A DNA stretch of 64,000 bases. Origin: Terriglobia bacterium (lineage in GTDB: Bacteria; Acidobacteriota; Terriglobia; Bryobacterales; Bryobacteraceae). Position 1 is the stretch's first letter. Each line of letters starts with the position of its first letter. Positions 20,912 to 31,288 of the stretch are shown here, piece after piece. Under the pieces are notes generated by a model, which was not told where the DNA came from, made no database searches, and was given only the letters and a program-made list of their open reading frames with translations. The DNA lies in assembly GCA_963762135.1 (NCBI GenBank), contig CAVXJP010000008.1, positions 944,824 through 1,008,823 of the forward strand. The letters run 5' to 3'. Position numbers and translations under genes: made by a program.

Positions 20912-21844
20912 CTAGAATGTCGTCGGCGAGTCGGTGAGGAAGGTGAGCACGGATTCCGAGGGAACCTTCACGTGCTGGGGATCCAGGAAGACCTGTGCGC
21001 CCGCGCCCACTCCGGCTCCGGTCGCGGCGCCGATGGCCGCGCCTTTCCCGCCTCCGGCAATTCCACCAATGATGGCGCCGAGAGCGCCGACCGCGGCAGC
21101 GGACTTCGCCGTCCTGGCTCCGCGCGAGCCGCTGGACTGCGCGACGTCGGTGGAGTTAATCGTCACCGGCTTTCCATCCATGGTCACCGAGACGAGGCGT
21201 AGCGTCAGGGACGTGCGACCGCGAATGCGTCCGGACTGCTCGGCATCATAGAGTTCTACGGTGGCATCCGCGCCGCGATCCGCGATCACTTTCCCGTTTA
21301 GGGTGAGCGGTTCCGCCAAACTGGCGCGGAAGGTATTGCCGACCTGGTCCATGTCCGAGTCAATGCTGTCGATCAGCCGAACCACGATCTCGGTGCCGGA
21401 GGGGAGTTCCTGCTTGGAACCTTCGTTGACCATCCTCGACAGGATCCGTTCGCTGACCCCTGCCTGACTCAGCTCAATGACGCGGGCCGCGTTGGCGGTG
21501 AACTGGCCGGGCCGTTTCGTCATCAGGTTCAGAATGAAGTCGTCCGCGAAGCCTGCCTTCACCAGCCGGACGACGGAGTCGGTGTTCAGCGGTTCGGTCG
21601 GCTGTGTGCTGGACTGGATGGCGGCGTCAATAATCTGCTGATTGACGCCCTGGGTCTTCATATCAATCAGGCTGGAGACGTCCGTGGATAGGTTCTCTCC
21701 CTGTTCCTTCACCATATTGAGGACAAAGGATTCACTCAGCCCGGATTTCGCCAGTTTGATCAGGTCTTCATTCGATAGCGTTTGCGCCGCGAGCAATCCC
21801 GCGGTGAGCGCGATCCCAGCCAATGCCTTCAATAAAGTTCTCAT
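20912..21844 (-). CDS. Secreted protein with AG[VF]-type helical repeats and a C-terminal glycine-zipper segment
   Basis: Signal peptide MRTLLKALAGIALTAGLLAAQT. Repeats LIKLAKSGLSESFVLNMV / VVRLVKAGFADDFILNLM. GAIIGGIAGGGKGAAIGAATGAGVGAG tail. Confidence 0.6.
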   Translation of the reverse strand: MRTLLKALAGIALTAGLLAAQTLSNEDLIKLAKSGLSESFVLNMVKEQGENLSTDVSSLIDMKTQGVNQQIIDAAIQSSTQPTEPLNTDSVVRLVKAGFADDFILNLMTKRPGQFTANAARVIELSQAGVSERILSRMVNEGSKQELPSGTEIVVRLIDSIDSDMDQVGNTFRASLAEPLTLNGKVIADRGADATVELYDAEQSGRIRGRTSLTLRLVSVTMDGKPVTINSTDVAQSSGSRGARTAKSAAAVGALGAIIGGIAGGGKGAAIGAATGAGVGAGAQVFLDPQHVKVPSESVLTFLTDSPTTF

Positions 21845-21985
21845 AGAACCACCATAGCCCTCCAACGTGTTTGATGCGAGGGAATTGTGGCGCGTTTCAG
21901 TCTTTGGATCTTCGTCGTATATTCGCCATCTCCGCAGACGTGAGGGCTTATACGGCGGCGCTGTACTGGCGGACTCGCCCTGGGG

Positions 21986-22750
21986 TTAGTCCCGAACCAG
22001 ATCCAGGCGGATGGCGTGCCGCACGAGCTCAGCCGTGGATTTGGCATCCAGAATCCGCATAATTTCGTATTTATGGGACTCGGCCGTGCGCGGCGAGATG
22101 CCCAGCAGGGAGGCAACCTGTTTCATGGTGTGTCCCTCGCCCACCAGTTGGAGGATCTCGCGCTGGCGCGGGGTCAGCTGGGAGCCGCGTTCCTGGGGCG
22201 CCCGCTCGGCCTGCATCATCAGTTCGATGACGTCCTTGGCAATCAGCGAGGTCAGGAACTGACCCCCCTGGCTAACCTGCTGGATCGCCTCGATCAATTC
22301 TTCGCTGGGGGAGGTCTTGAGCACGTACCCGCGCGCTCCGGCGCGGAACGCCTTCACGGCCAGCGCCGGCTCGTTGTACATGGTGAGCGCGACGATATTG
22401 GCGTCCGGTTGGTCCTTGCGGATCTGCTGGATCGCGTCGATGCCATTCAACAGAGGCATCGAGACATCCGTCACAATCACGTCGGGGCGGAGTTCGGCCG
22501 CGGCGGCCACCAAGGCCCGTCCGTCCGAGACAACTCCCGTCAGATCGAAGGTGGTCCTCAACAGGGCGGCGAGCCCGGCGGCGACCACGGCATGGTCGTC
22601 CGCCAGCAGGACCCGAAGCGTGGAGTTATCGGCGTCCGGAGTCGTTTCCCGGCGGAGGGAATCCGGGGGGGCGCCAGTGGGTGGTTCCGTTGCCACCGTT
22701 GCATCGGTGGGCGTAAGGGTTGATGTGGATTCGTGTGTGGGCAGTGTCAT
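21986..22750 (-). CDS. NarL/LuxR-family response regulator
   Basis: REC domain (VLLADDH..DVIVTDVSMP) and a LuxR HTH (LTPRQREILQLVGEGHTMKQVA). Start taken at MTLPTHEST. Confidence 0.85.
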   Translation of the reverse strand: MTLPTHESTSTLTPTDATVATEPPTGAPPDSLRRETTPDADNSTLRVLLADDHAVVAAGLAALLRTTFDLTGVVSDGRALVAAAAELRPDVIVTDVSMPLLNGIDAIQQIRKDQPDANIVALTMYNEPALAVKAFRAGARGYVLKTSPSEELIEAIQQVSQGGQFLTSLIAKDVIELMMQAERAPQERGSQLTPRQREILQLVGEGHTMKQVASLLGISPRTAESHKYEIMRILDAKSTAELVRHAIRLDLVRD

Positions 22751-23137
22751 CACGTGGATCTTTCTTGCTGCATTGCAGCACGTTAGCCTGAGGTTACCTC
22801 TTTTTGGCAAAGGATGCCAGTCCGCTTTCCGGAGCGCGGCTTGGTGGGGGACGACGACGCAATCCCTATACGGGCATACTCCATCTGGCAGAGCCCTGCC
22901 CGTGCAGTCAGTGCAGCCCCGAGGGAACCAGCGCCGAGATAGCACCGGTAGTTTCCTGGCCTCGGAGTGGACTCGCTGGAGTGGAATCGTCCTGATTTTG
23001 ATGGCGAAGATCCAGGATTTTCGCCATCAATGTTACCCCCCTTTGGGGGGGGAAGAAATACTCACTTTTTCGGATTAAATTCGCGTGCCTTAAAGTGGAT
23101 AATCTAGTATGCTTTTCGGCGGGCGGAGTTCATCGTT

Positions 23138-23779
23138 GTGATGCAGGGGCGTTCTCTCCAACGTGGGTCCGGTCCGCGCGGGCATTCCTCTCGCCCGCGG
23201 CCGATCCGTGTCACCAAGCCGGAGCAACTGGTGAAACAGGTTCGTTTGGGTTGCCCGGTGGCGATCGAAATCCTGTATGACAACGTCCACGAGATCGCCC
23301 GGCCGTATTTACGGTGGCGGCTGGGGGAGTTGGCTGGGGACGAGTTTGAGGATTGCATCCATGAAGCATTCCTGGCGGCTCTGGAGGCGATTCAGGCCGA
23401 AGCGATTCGTGATCCCGCACGTTTGCGGTCCTTCATTCAGACGATCGTGCGCCACAAAGCGACGATGGTGATCCGCAAGGCGAGCCGTGACCGCCGGCAA
23501 CTGGACGTGCAGGAATGTCTGCACCTGATTGATCAGGCCCCGGGTCAGGAGCGGATGCTCATGATCTCCGAGCGTGGCCAACTGCTGCAACATTTCCTGA
23601 AGCAATTGAGCCCCATGGAACGGGAAATTCTGATTCGTTTCTACCTGAGTGGGCACTCCCGCGAGAGGATTTGCCGCGACTTGGAACTCACTCCCACCCA
23701 GTTTCGGCTGCGGAAGTCGCGGGCGAAGGCGCGGTTGACTCGCATCGTCTCCGAGAGCGTGGCAGACCGGGAATCCTGA
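23138..23779 (+). CDS. Sigma-70 family (ECF-like) RNA polymerase sigma factor
   Basis: Region 2-like FEDCIHEAFLAALEAI and region 4 LSPMEREILIRFYLSGHSRERICRDLELT. Confidence 0.7.
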   Translation: MMQGRSLQRGSGPRGHSSRPRPIRVTKPEQLVKQVRLGCPVAIEILYDNVHEIARPYLRWRLGELAGDEFEDCIHEAFLAALEAIQAEAIRDPARLRSFIQTIVRHKATMVIRKASRDRRQLDVQECLHLIDQAPGQERMLMISERGQLLQHFLKQLSPMEREILIRFYLSGHSRERICRDLELTPTQFRLRKSRAKARLTRIVSESVADRES

Positions 23780-23923
23780 CCGGGAGCTGCTAACCACCTT
23801 CCATTTCCTGTCCCCGGTTACCATTCACCGGCTGTTCGCGCCTCTCCTTTAGGACGCGGAAGGGTGGGGACCCGGCTGTCCCAATCCCCCTGCAAGGTAG
23901 GATGAACCGAGGAGCAAAATCGC

Positions 23924-26236
23924 GTGGCCTCACAAGGGAGTGGCAAAGTCGAGACAGCGGGGCTGGCGCCGGCCGGAGAGATCTGGCGGGACGCATTCAC
24001 CGAACGCGCCATGGAAATCAGCCGGACGGGCGCCTGGCTATGGGAGCTGGATTCCGATGAACTGGTGATCCACCCCGCGACCGCCCGCCTGCTCGGGCTG
24101 CCCGAGCAGGCCCAAACCGTTCCCATCGCGACGGTGCTCGATTTGGTGCATCGCGATGATCTCCCTGAAGTACAGGCTCGTTTCTGGAACGCCCGCGAGG
24201 GGCAAGCCTCCTATGAGATCGAGTTCCGGTTGGTGATCAACAATTCCGTCAACTGGGTCCGAAGCCGGGCAGGGATTGAACGGGACGAGAATGGCCGCCC
24301 GGTGCGCATGGTCGGCATGATGGTGGAACTCCGCCCTCGGCGGGAGGCGGAGGCGGAGTCGGAGTCCCCCAATACCCAATTGCTCTATCAGACGCTTTTG
24401 AACGAGTTGGACGGGGTGGTTTGGGAACTCGACCCGGACACCATGATGTTCACGTTCGTGAGCGCTGCGGCGAGCCGGATTCTGGGTTATCCGGAACGCC
24501 AATGGTTGGAGGAACAGGGCTTTTACTGCAATCATGTTCATCCGGACGATCAGGAACGGGTGGTCGATGCCTACCGTCAGGCGATCGCGCGGCAGCAGGA
24601 TCATCACTTCGAGTGTCGAATGCTTACGTCCTCAGGGTCGGAGGTCTGGATGCAAACCCGGCTGCGCGCGCAGCGGAACGGGCCCCGTCTCAGCGTGTAC
24701 GGCGTGATGCTGGATCTTTCTTCCCGGCGTCTTGGCGAGGAGGCGCTGCTCGAGAGCGAGGAACGCTTTCGAACCGTCTTCGAACGGAACACCGCCGGAA
24801 TTGCGTTGATTAACGCCAATAGCACCTTCCGGCGTGTCAATCAGGCGTTTTGTGACTTGACGGGCAGAACCGAAGACGAACTGCGTGGGCTCACGTTCTC
24901 CGACATCACCCACCCGGACGATGCAAGGCGCCTGAAGGATTGCCGCGTGAAGACCCTGGAGGGGAGCGGAAGCGCCCAAGGGGAATACCGCGTGATTCGC
25001 CCGGACGGAGAAGTGCGCTGGTTGCGCATCGCTGGGACCTTCATGCGGGTGGAGGGAGAAGTGACCTCTTCCCTGCTCACCGCGACCGATGTCACCGTCG
25101 AGAAAAAGATCGCCGCGTCCATCAAGGAGAGCGAGGAATTCTTTCGGAGCGTCGCCGATCTTGCGCCTGTGCATCTCTGGCTCGTGGATCAGCAGGGCAC
25201 AGCCCATTTTATGAATCGGGCCATGCGAGATTTCTTTGGACAGGGAACGCAAGGCTGGACCTATGAAGAACGCGTCGCGGTAGTTCACCCCGAGGACCGC
25301 CGGGTGGGTTACGAGAGAATGCAGGAGATGCTCCAGACCGGGATCCCGGTGGAGCATGAGTTGCGCGCGCTGAACGCCCAAGGAAGCTACCGCTGGCTCC
25401 TGGTGCGGCTGGTTCCACGCAAGGGACCGGACGGGCAATCGTTGGGATACCTCGGCTGCGCGATTGACATCAGCGCACGCAAGGAAGCCGAACAGGCGCT
25501 CTCGGTGGCCCACAAGCGTCTGGCCGAACAACTGCTGCAGGGCAAGGGGCTGGAGGAGGAGCTTCGGAACCTCAGCGAACGGTTGATCCGGGCGCAGGAG
25601 GATGAGCGCCGGCGGATCGCCCGGGACTTGCACGATGATCTGGGGCAGCGCGTGGCGGCGCTTGGATATGCCCTGTTTGGCTTGAAGAAGGCCAGCGCCC
25701 AGGACAATGTGCCGGCGCTGACGCAGATTCGCAAAGTTGAAGAGGATATCGCCGCGCTCGGGGTCGACATCCGCCATCTGTCGCATCGATTGCATCCGGC
25801 CATGCTGGAGTTGGGCGCTCTGTCGACCGTGATCGGCAGCCTGGCCAAGGAACTGGAGCCATCCGGACTGCACGTTTCCGCGACGATCAACGTTCTGGAC
25901 GAAGAGGTCCCGCCGCCGGTGGCTCTGGGCGCCTACCGCATTGTGCAGGAGGCGCTGAATAATGTCATCAAACACGCCGGCGTGTCCTCAGCCACGCTGA
26001 AGGTGCAGCAGGAAGTCGGTGACGAAGAAGACGGGACTCCATCGCTTTACATTGAAGTGGCCGATGCCGGCGCTGGATTCGACCCCAAGCTCCGCGGCGG
26101 GGCAGGGCTTGGATTGGTGAGTATTCGGGAGCGCGTGCGGTCCCTTCGCGGCACGTCCCGTTTCCTGAGCCACCCCGGTGAAGGGACTCGGATCGAGGTT
26201 CGCATTCCGCTCCAGCAGTCTGGTGATGAGAGCTAG
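23924..26236 (+). CDS. Multi-PAS sensor histidine kinase (HisKA_3 / NarX-LiaS type)
   Basis: Several PAS/PAC repeats, H-box ARDLHDDLGQ, HATPase_c. Cognate type for the LuxR-family regulator at 21986. Confidence 0.85.
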   Translation: MASQGSGKVETAGLAPAGEIWRDAFTERAMEISRTGAWLWELDSDELVIHPATARLLGLPEQAQTVPIATVLDLVHRDDLPEVQARFWNAREGQASYEIEFRLVINNSVNWVRSRAGIERDENGRPVRMVGMMVELRPRREAEAESESPNTQLLYQTLLNELDGVVWELDPDTMMFTFVSAAASRILGYPERQWLEEQGFYCNHVHPDDQERVVDAYRQAIARQQDHHFECRMLTSSGSEVWMQTRLRAQRNGPRLSVYGVMLDLSSRRLGEEALLESEERFRTVFERNTAGIALINANSTFRRVNQAFCDLTGRTEDELRGLTFSDITHPDDARRLKDCRVKTLEGSGSAQGEYRVIRPDGEVRWLRIAGTFMRVEGEVTSSLLTATDVTVEKKIAASIKESEEFFRSVADLAPVHLWLVDQQGTAHFMNRAMRDFFGQGTQGWTYEERVAVVHPEDRRVGYERMQEMLQTGIPVEHELRALNAQGSYRWLLVRLVPRKGPDGQSLGYLGCAIDISARKEAEQALSVAHKRLAEQLLQGKGLEEELRNLSERLIRAQEDERRRIARDLHDDLGQRVAALGYALFGLKKASAQDNVPALTQIRKVEEDIAALGVDIRHLSHRLHPAMLELGALSTVIGSLAKELEPSGLHVSATINVLDEEVPPPVALGAYRIVQEALNNVIKHAGVSSATLKVQQEVGDEEDGTPSLYIEVADAGAGFDPKLRGGAGLGLVSIRERVRSLRGTSRFLSHPGEGTRIEVRIPLQQSGDES

Positions 26237-26393
26237 CCCGGAAGCGACGGTCGCGAACCGGGCGGGTCCGCGGCGGCGTTTCGAGGGCGTGCCAGAGCGC
26301 CCGGGGCTGCTTGTAAGGGAGCCCGCAGCTAGCTGCACAGAGGCCCGCAGCTACGTGCAATAGAGCGCATGCGGCTACGTGCAAAAATGATAC

Positions 26394-26969
26394 TTGCGAT
26401 CCGCCACTCATCTTTTAACGGTTCTGACCTGGGACCGCCGCGGTATTGTTGCCGCGATTAGCGCCACGTTGGCCGAACTCGACGTCGAATTGATGGAGCT
26501 CAGCCAGACGGTCATCCACGATTACTTCACGATCACGCTGGTGGTCGCCATCCCGGGGCAGTCCGGGCTCGAGAAAACCCTGGCGGAGTCGGTGCGGAGC
26601 CGGGTCGGCGAGGGCGCGGCGGTCACGCTGGTGCCGTTTCAGGCCCGGGAAGTGGCTCGGCAGGGCGACCGTTACGTCTTGACCGCGGGGGGAGAGGCGA
26701 ACACCAGTGTCATCCACGCACTCAGCGAACTGGTTGCCGAGCGCGGCGGGAACTTCCTGGAACTCAATTGCCAGTTGACGGGCGGCCGGGTGGCAATTGT
26801 GGCCGAGATCGATCTGCCTCCCGATGTTGCCCTGGACCAGCTCCAGATTGACCTGCAGCATGTCGGGGAAGTCGCGGGGCTGCAAGTGCGCCTCCAGCAT
26901 CAGCGGCTCTTCACGGCGACCAACGAGGTCGCGTTTCACTGGTTGGCGGGCCGGAGGGCCACGGCATGA
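26394..26969 (+). CDS. Tandem ACT domain protein (GcvR-like)
   Basis: RRGIVAAISATLAELDVELMEL and a second ACT-like half. Its stop overlaps the start of the UPF0210 gene. TTG start is uncertain. Confidence 0.6.
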   Translation: MRSATHLLTVLTWDRRGIVAAISATLAELDVELMELSQTVIHDYFTITLVVAIPGQSGLEKTLAESVRSRVGEGAAVTLVPFQAREVARQGDRYVLTAGGEANTSVIHALSELVAERGGNFLELNCQLTGGRVAIVAEIDLPPDVALDQLQIDLQHVGEVAGLQVRLQHQRLFTATNEVAFHWLAGRRATA

Positions 26970-28345
26970 TACGGGGAAAGGCGATCGCCGAGACGATCCG
27001 GATGTTCCAGGAAGAGAATCTGGACGTCCGCACCGTCACGTTGGGGCTCAACCTGGAGAGTTGTTCGACTCCGTCGCTGAGCCATCTGCTGGACAAGATC
27101 CACGCGACGATCTCTCAGCGGGCGGGCAGCCTGGTGCAGGCCACCCGGGCGATTGAACGCCGCTACGGAATTCCGGTGGTGAATAAGCGGATCTCGGTCA
27201 CGCCGATCGCCAGCGTCGCGGCCGGACATAAGCGGGATGCCCTGGTGCAGGTGGCGCGGCGAATGGATCAGTCCGCGGCCGAGGTCGGCGTCGACCTGAT
27301 CGGCGGATTCGGCGCCTTCGTGCAGAAGGCCATGACGCCCACCGCCGCCGAACTGTTTGACAGCCTGCCACAGGCGCTATCGGAAACTCACCGGGTCTGT
27401 TCCGGGATCAACGTCGCTTCCAACCGCGCCGGGATCAACATGGACGCGGTACTCAAGGCCGGCCATACGATTCGGGCGATGGCGGAGGCGGATCGCGCCC
27501 ACAGCGGATTTGCCTGCGCCAAGCTGGTGGTCTTTGCCAACATGCCGGACGATAACCCGTTCATGGCGGGGGCGACCCACGGCACCGGGGAGGCCGAAGC
27601 CGTGGTTCACATCGGCGTCTCGGGTCCGGGCGTGGTGAAGCGCGCTCTGCAGCGCCTGATTGAGGAGGCGGGTCCGGAGAACCTGACCCTCTCGGATCTG
27701 GCCGAAGAGATCAAAATCACCGCGTTCCGCATTACGCGTGTCGGGGAACTGATTGGGCACGAATTGGCCGAGGCGCTCGGGATCCATTTCGGCATCGTTG
27801 ATCTTTCGTTGGCGCCGACTCCCAAGGTGGGCGATTCGATCGGCGAGATCCTGCAGCAGTTGGGGATCGCGAAAATTGGCGCTCCCGGATCGACGGCCGC
27901 GCTCGCCCTGCTGAATGATGCGGTGAAGAAGGGTGGAGCCTTCGCCAGCAGCAGCGTCGGCGGACTCAGCGGGGCTTTCATCCCGGTGATGGAGGATCAG
28001 ACCCTGGCGCAGGCGGCGGCCGAGGGCAGCCTGACACTGGAGAAGCTCGAGGCGATGACCAGCGTCTGCAGCGTGGGCCTCGACATGATTCCGATCCCGG
28101 GGGATACTCCGGGCGAGACGATCGCGGCGATCCTGGCCGATGAGATGGCCATCGGGGTGGTGAACAACAAGACCACCGCGGCGCGGTTAATCCCGGTGCC
28201 GGGCAAGAAGGCGGGGGAGTACGTCAGCTTCGGTGGGTTGTTCGGGGAGAGTGTGATAATGCCGGTACGCGAAGTGGGCGCTTCGGATGCGTTTGTCCGT
28301 TTTGCGGGACGTATTCCTGCGCCATTGCAAAGCCTTCGGAATTGA
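26966..28345 (+). CDS. UPF0210 / DUF711 (PFL-like) family protein
   Basis: 459 aa. N-terminal IRMFQEENLDVRTVTLGLNL is typical of UPF0210. The ACT partner is conserved upstream. Confidence 0.75.
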   Translation: MIRGKAIAETIRMFQEENLDVRTVTLGLNLESCSTPSLSHLLDKIHATISQRAGSLVQATRAIERRYGIPVVNKRISVTPIASVAAGHKRDALVQVARRMDQSAAEVGVDLIGGFGAFVQKAMTPTAAELFDSLPQALSETHRVCSGINVASNRAGINMDAVLKAGHTIRAMAEADRAHSGFACAKLVVFANMPDDNPFMAGATHGTGEAEAVVHIGVSGPGVVKRALQRLIEEAGPENLTLSDLAEEIKITAFRITRVGELIGHELAEALGIHFGIVDLSLAPTPKVGDSIGEILQQLGIAKIGAPGSTAALALLNDAVKKGGAFASSSVGGLSGAFIPVMEDQTLAQAAAEGSLTLEKLEAMTSVCSVGLDMIPIPGDTPGETIAAILADEMAIGVVNNKTTAARLIPVPGKKAGEYVSFGGLFGESVIMPVREVGASDAFVRFAGRIPAPLQSLRN

Positions 28346-28387
28346 GGCTAGGGAGGCCTTGCAGACGCGGTATAGTCCGTTGGTGGG

Positions 28388-29608
28388 ATGAAAATTCTGC
28401 TGGTCAACGATTATGCAACGCCGTCGGGTGGCACCGAACTGACGGTTCTGCGCCTGCGGGAGACGCTGCGGCAACGGGGCCACCAGGTGCGTCTGTTTTC
28501 CAGTACCGCCCGGCCGAACGGGCAGCCAAGTCTAGCGGACGATTCGTGTTTCGGTACCTTGACGCAGGTCCGCGGCATCACCCAGGTGTGGAACCCCGCG
28601 GCGCGGCTGCGGCTGGCGCACCTTCTGCGCGAGTTCCGTCCGGACCTGGTGCATATCCGCCTGTTTCTGAGCCAGATTTCGCCCTCGATTCTGCCACTCC
28701 TCAAGGACATCCCAACCATCTATCACACTGCCTGGTATCGATCCGTGTGTCCGCTCGGAACACGGCGGCTCCCCGACGGCAGTACTTGCGAACATCGATG
28801 TGGCCGGATCTGCGTCACCACTGGCTGCATTCCTGCCTATGCTCTGCCCAGCATGACTGTGCAGCAGCATCTGTTCCGGAGCTCACTCCCCTACATCAAC
28901 GCGGTGGTCGCCAATAGCCACGCGACGCGGAAGCGGCTCGAAGAAGGCGGGATTCCCGTTCATCAGGTGATCTGGAATGGCGTGCCGGATCGCGGGCCGC
29001 GCGGCGAATTGCAGGATCCGCCGGTCGTGAGTTTCTGCGCCAGACTGGTTCCGGAGAAAGGCGGGCGAATCTTGCTGCGCGCCTTCGCCGAACTGAAGAA
29101 GCGGGTCCCCGGGGCTCAGCTTCGGATTGCCGGCTGGGGGCCGGAGGAGTCTGTCTTAAAGCGGGAGGCGGCGCAGCACGGGATCCAGGATGCCGTCCTG
29201 TTTCTGGGGCATCTTTCTCAGGAGCAGATGCACAAGGAGTTCCGAAACGCATGGGTGCACGTCGTGCCCTCGTTGTGGGAGGAGCCGTTCGGATTGGCCG
29301 CCGCCGAGGCCCTGATGCGGGCGACGCCGGTGATCGTGAGCAATACCGGGGGGTTGGCGGAATTCGTCCAGCAGGACCGCACCGGGCACCTATGGTCTGC
29401 AGGGGATCCGGAGGAGTTGACCGAACTCATGTTTCGCACGGTCGCCTCGCGTTTGGAGAATCTGGAGATGGGCCGGCGGGCTCGGGAGTATGCCGTGCGT
29501 TACCTTGATCTGGAGTTGTTCGCGGACCGATTTGAACGACTCTACCAGTCGCTTCTGCATGGCGGCGGGAGGGAGATCGAATATCGGCGGACGGCGGGGT
29601 TGCAATGA
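28388..29608 (+). CDS. Glycosyltransferase family 4 (GT-B)
   Basis: MKILLVNDY..GG N-terminus and the EEPFGLAAAEALMRATPVIVSNTGGLAEFV E-x7-E region. Confidence 0.8.
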   Translation: MKILLVNDYATPSGGTELTVLRLRETLRQRGHQVRLFSSTARPNGQPSLADDSCFGTLTQVRGITQVWNPAARLRLAHLLREFRPDLVHIRLFLSQISPSILPLLKDIPTIYHTAWYRSVCPLGTRRLPDGSTCEHRCGRICVTTGCIPAYALPSMTVQQHLFRSSLPYINAVVANSHATRKRLEEGGIPVHQVIWNGVPDRGPRGELQDPPVVSFCARLVPEKGGRILLRAFAELKKRVPGAQLRIAGWGPEESVLKREAAQHGIQDAVLFLGHLSQEQMHKEFRNAWVHVVPSLWEEPFGLAAAEALMRATPVIVSNTGGLAEFVQQDRTGHLWSAGDPEELTELMFRTVASRLENLEMGRRAREYAVRYLDLELFADRFERLYQSLLHGGGREIEYRRTAGLQ

Positions 29609-30579
29609 TCCGCATCACCGTAGCCATGGAGGCCTACAACGAAGAGCATAATGCTCTGGCCGAACATCACGAGTCGGTCGAGGCGCTGCTTGCCCAGGAG
29701 TTCCCTCTCGATCAGGTCGAATTACTGATCATCGGCAGTCCGGAGCAATTGAAGGACTTGCAGATCCCCGCCCACTGGAATCGATTCGGCGAGGTACGCC
29801 TGGCGGAGTTGCCCGCCGAGGCCGCGCACTACTGGCAGCAGAAGAATTTCAGCGCCCGAACGGCCCACGGAGAGATTATTGCCTGGCTGGATTCCGATGT
29901 TCTGCCCGGACCGCACTGGCTGGCGGCGATCGCTTCCTCGTTTGATGGGGGCGCCGATGTGAGCGTGGGTCCATCACTGTATCGAACTCCGGACCTTCCG
30001 CCGGATTCGCCATTCATGTTGGTTGCGGCTCTGGTTTCCTGGGGATTCGTGCTGTCGTCCCGAAGCGCGCCCGGGCGGCCCGAAGCGAATTCCCTGCTAG
30101 CCCATAACGTCGCGGTCCGGCGGGAAACGGCATTGCAGGTGCCCTACCGGGAGGGAATTCGGTCTTTCCAGTCGTCTCTTTACTACTTTGACCTGGTACG
30201 GCATGGCGCGAAGTTCGTCTATCAACCCATGCAGCGAGCGGCGCACGGGATGAATTTGCGCTGGTGGGTCACGCGGCGGCATTTCCGCACCGGTTGGGAA
30301 ACCTATGAGGCTCGCAAGTGCGATGAACTGTGGCCACGGATCGCTGCGCTCGAATCCGTTCCCTGGGTTGAGCCGGTGGTATTGCGCGGAGGATTAGTAC
30401 TTCGGGATATCCGGCATTGGTTTCGATTCCGGCATGTGATGGGGATCGGCCGGTTTCGGGCGCTGGCGCTGTTGCCGCTATTGATCGTCGCATCGGCCGC
30501 GGCGCGAACTGCGGAGATGGTGGGGATGTTTGCCTTTAAGCTGGCTCCGGAACACACCGCGCACCAGGCACGCTTTTAG
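29605..30579 (+). CDS. Glycosyltransferase family 2-like membrane protein
   Basis: ITVAMEAYNEE..IIAWLDSDV (DxD-like). Start overlaps the GT4 stop. C-terminal hydrophobic segments. Confidence 0.55.
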   Translation: MIRITVAMEAYNEEHNALAEHHESVEALLAQEFPLDQVELLIIGSPEQLKDLQIPAHWNRFGEVRLAELPAEAAHYWQQKNFSARTAHGEIIAWLDSDVLPGPHWLAAIASSFDGGADVSVGPSLYRTPDLPPDSPFMLVAALVSWGFVLSSRSAPGRPEANSLLAHNVAVRRETALQVPYREGIRSFQSSLYYFDLVRHGAKFVYQPMQRAAHGMNLRWWVTRRHFRTGWETYEARKCDELWPRIAALESVPWVEPVVLRGGLVLRDIRHWFRFRHVMGIGRFRALALLPLLIVASAAARTAEMVGMFAFKLAPEHTAHQARF

Positions 30580-30620
30580 CGACCCGGCGGAAGGCGGAGA
30601 CAGTTTGCCAGGGGAACCGA

Positions 30621-31088
30621 TCAGGAACCAGCCGGCAGGTGCGTGCTCGGCTTGAGGTTCGTGGAACTCTTCGTCCGGTTGCTGGAGTGCCGTGCGGCCC
30701 AAACAAATCCAAGACTGTGATGGATTTCCTGTTTGCGGAGGGGCAAGCCGATGGCATGGAAGACGCCCGCCCTGGAGAGTTCTTCGCTGGGGGGATGTTC
30801 CGCCATGCGAAAGAATAGGATGGGTTGTGCCATGGGAGCCCAGGCATGGATCAAGTGCAGGGCATCCCTCCAGTGGAGCTTCAGCGCCTCGGGAGAAAAC
30901 ATCACGGCGACGATGTCATGCTCCCGGTTCAGCGCCCGGAGCAGATTCTGGCTGGCGGTTACGCTCAGATCCTGGGCGAAATGAACATCCCAGCCGAACT
31001 TGTCTGCCGCGATTTCCAGCTCGGCGCAGTGCGAGCATTGCTGACCCTGCCCTGCGGGTCTGTCAAGAACGACGATCACTTCTGCCAT
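30621..31088 (-). CDS. Hypothetical receiver-like (degenerate REC) protein
   Basis: The MAEVIVVLD..DIVAVMF..GVFHAIGLPLRKQEI pattern resembles a receiver fold. Weak call. Confidence 0.3.
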   Translation of the reverse strand: MAEVIVVLDRPAGQGQQCSHCAELEIAADKFGWDVHFAQDLSVTASQNLLRALNREHDIVAVMFSPEALKLHWRDALHLIHAWAPMAQPILFFRMAEHPPSEELSRAGVFHAIGLPLRKQEIHHSLGFVWAARHSSNRTKSSTNLKPSTHLPAGS

Positions 31089-31288
31089 GTGAGGTCCTGT
31101 TCTCCCCTGATTTGGAGGGGTCTCAGCCTGTGCCACCGCTATTGGGACCGTTGAAGCGGTGTTAAATATTGAGACTCCTGGTGGGAGAATTCGTTGCATC
31201 AGATTAGAGATTTTTAGGTAAACGCTAAGGTTTCTCATCGTCCTCGAATGAGGGCGGCTTTAGGGAAAAATGCAGGAGCCAAATGCCG

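Noticed and set aside
23031-23055. C6-TTT-G8 tract as a phase-variation switch.
   Set aside because: There is no evidence of length variation from a single sequence. It lies about 90 bp from the nearest start codon, and homopolymers are also the likeliest sites of assembly error.
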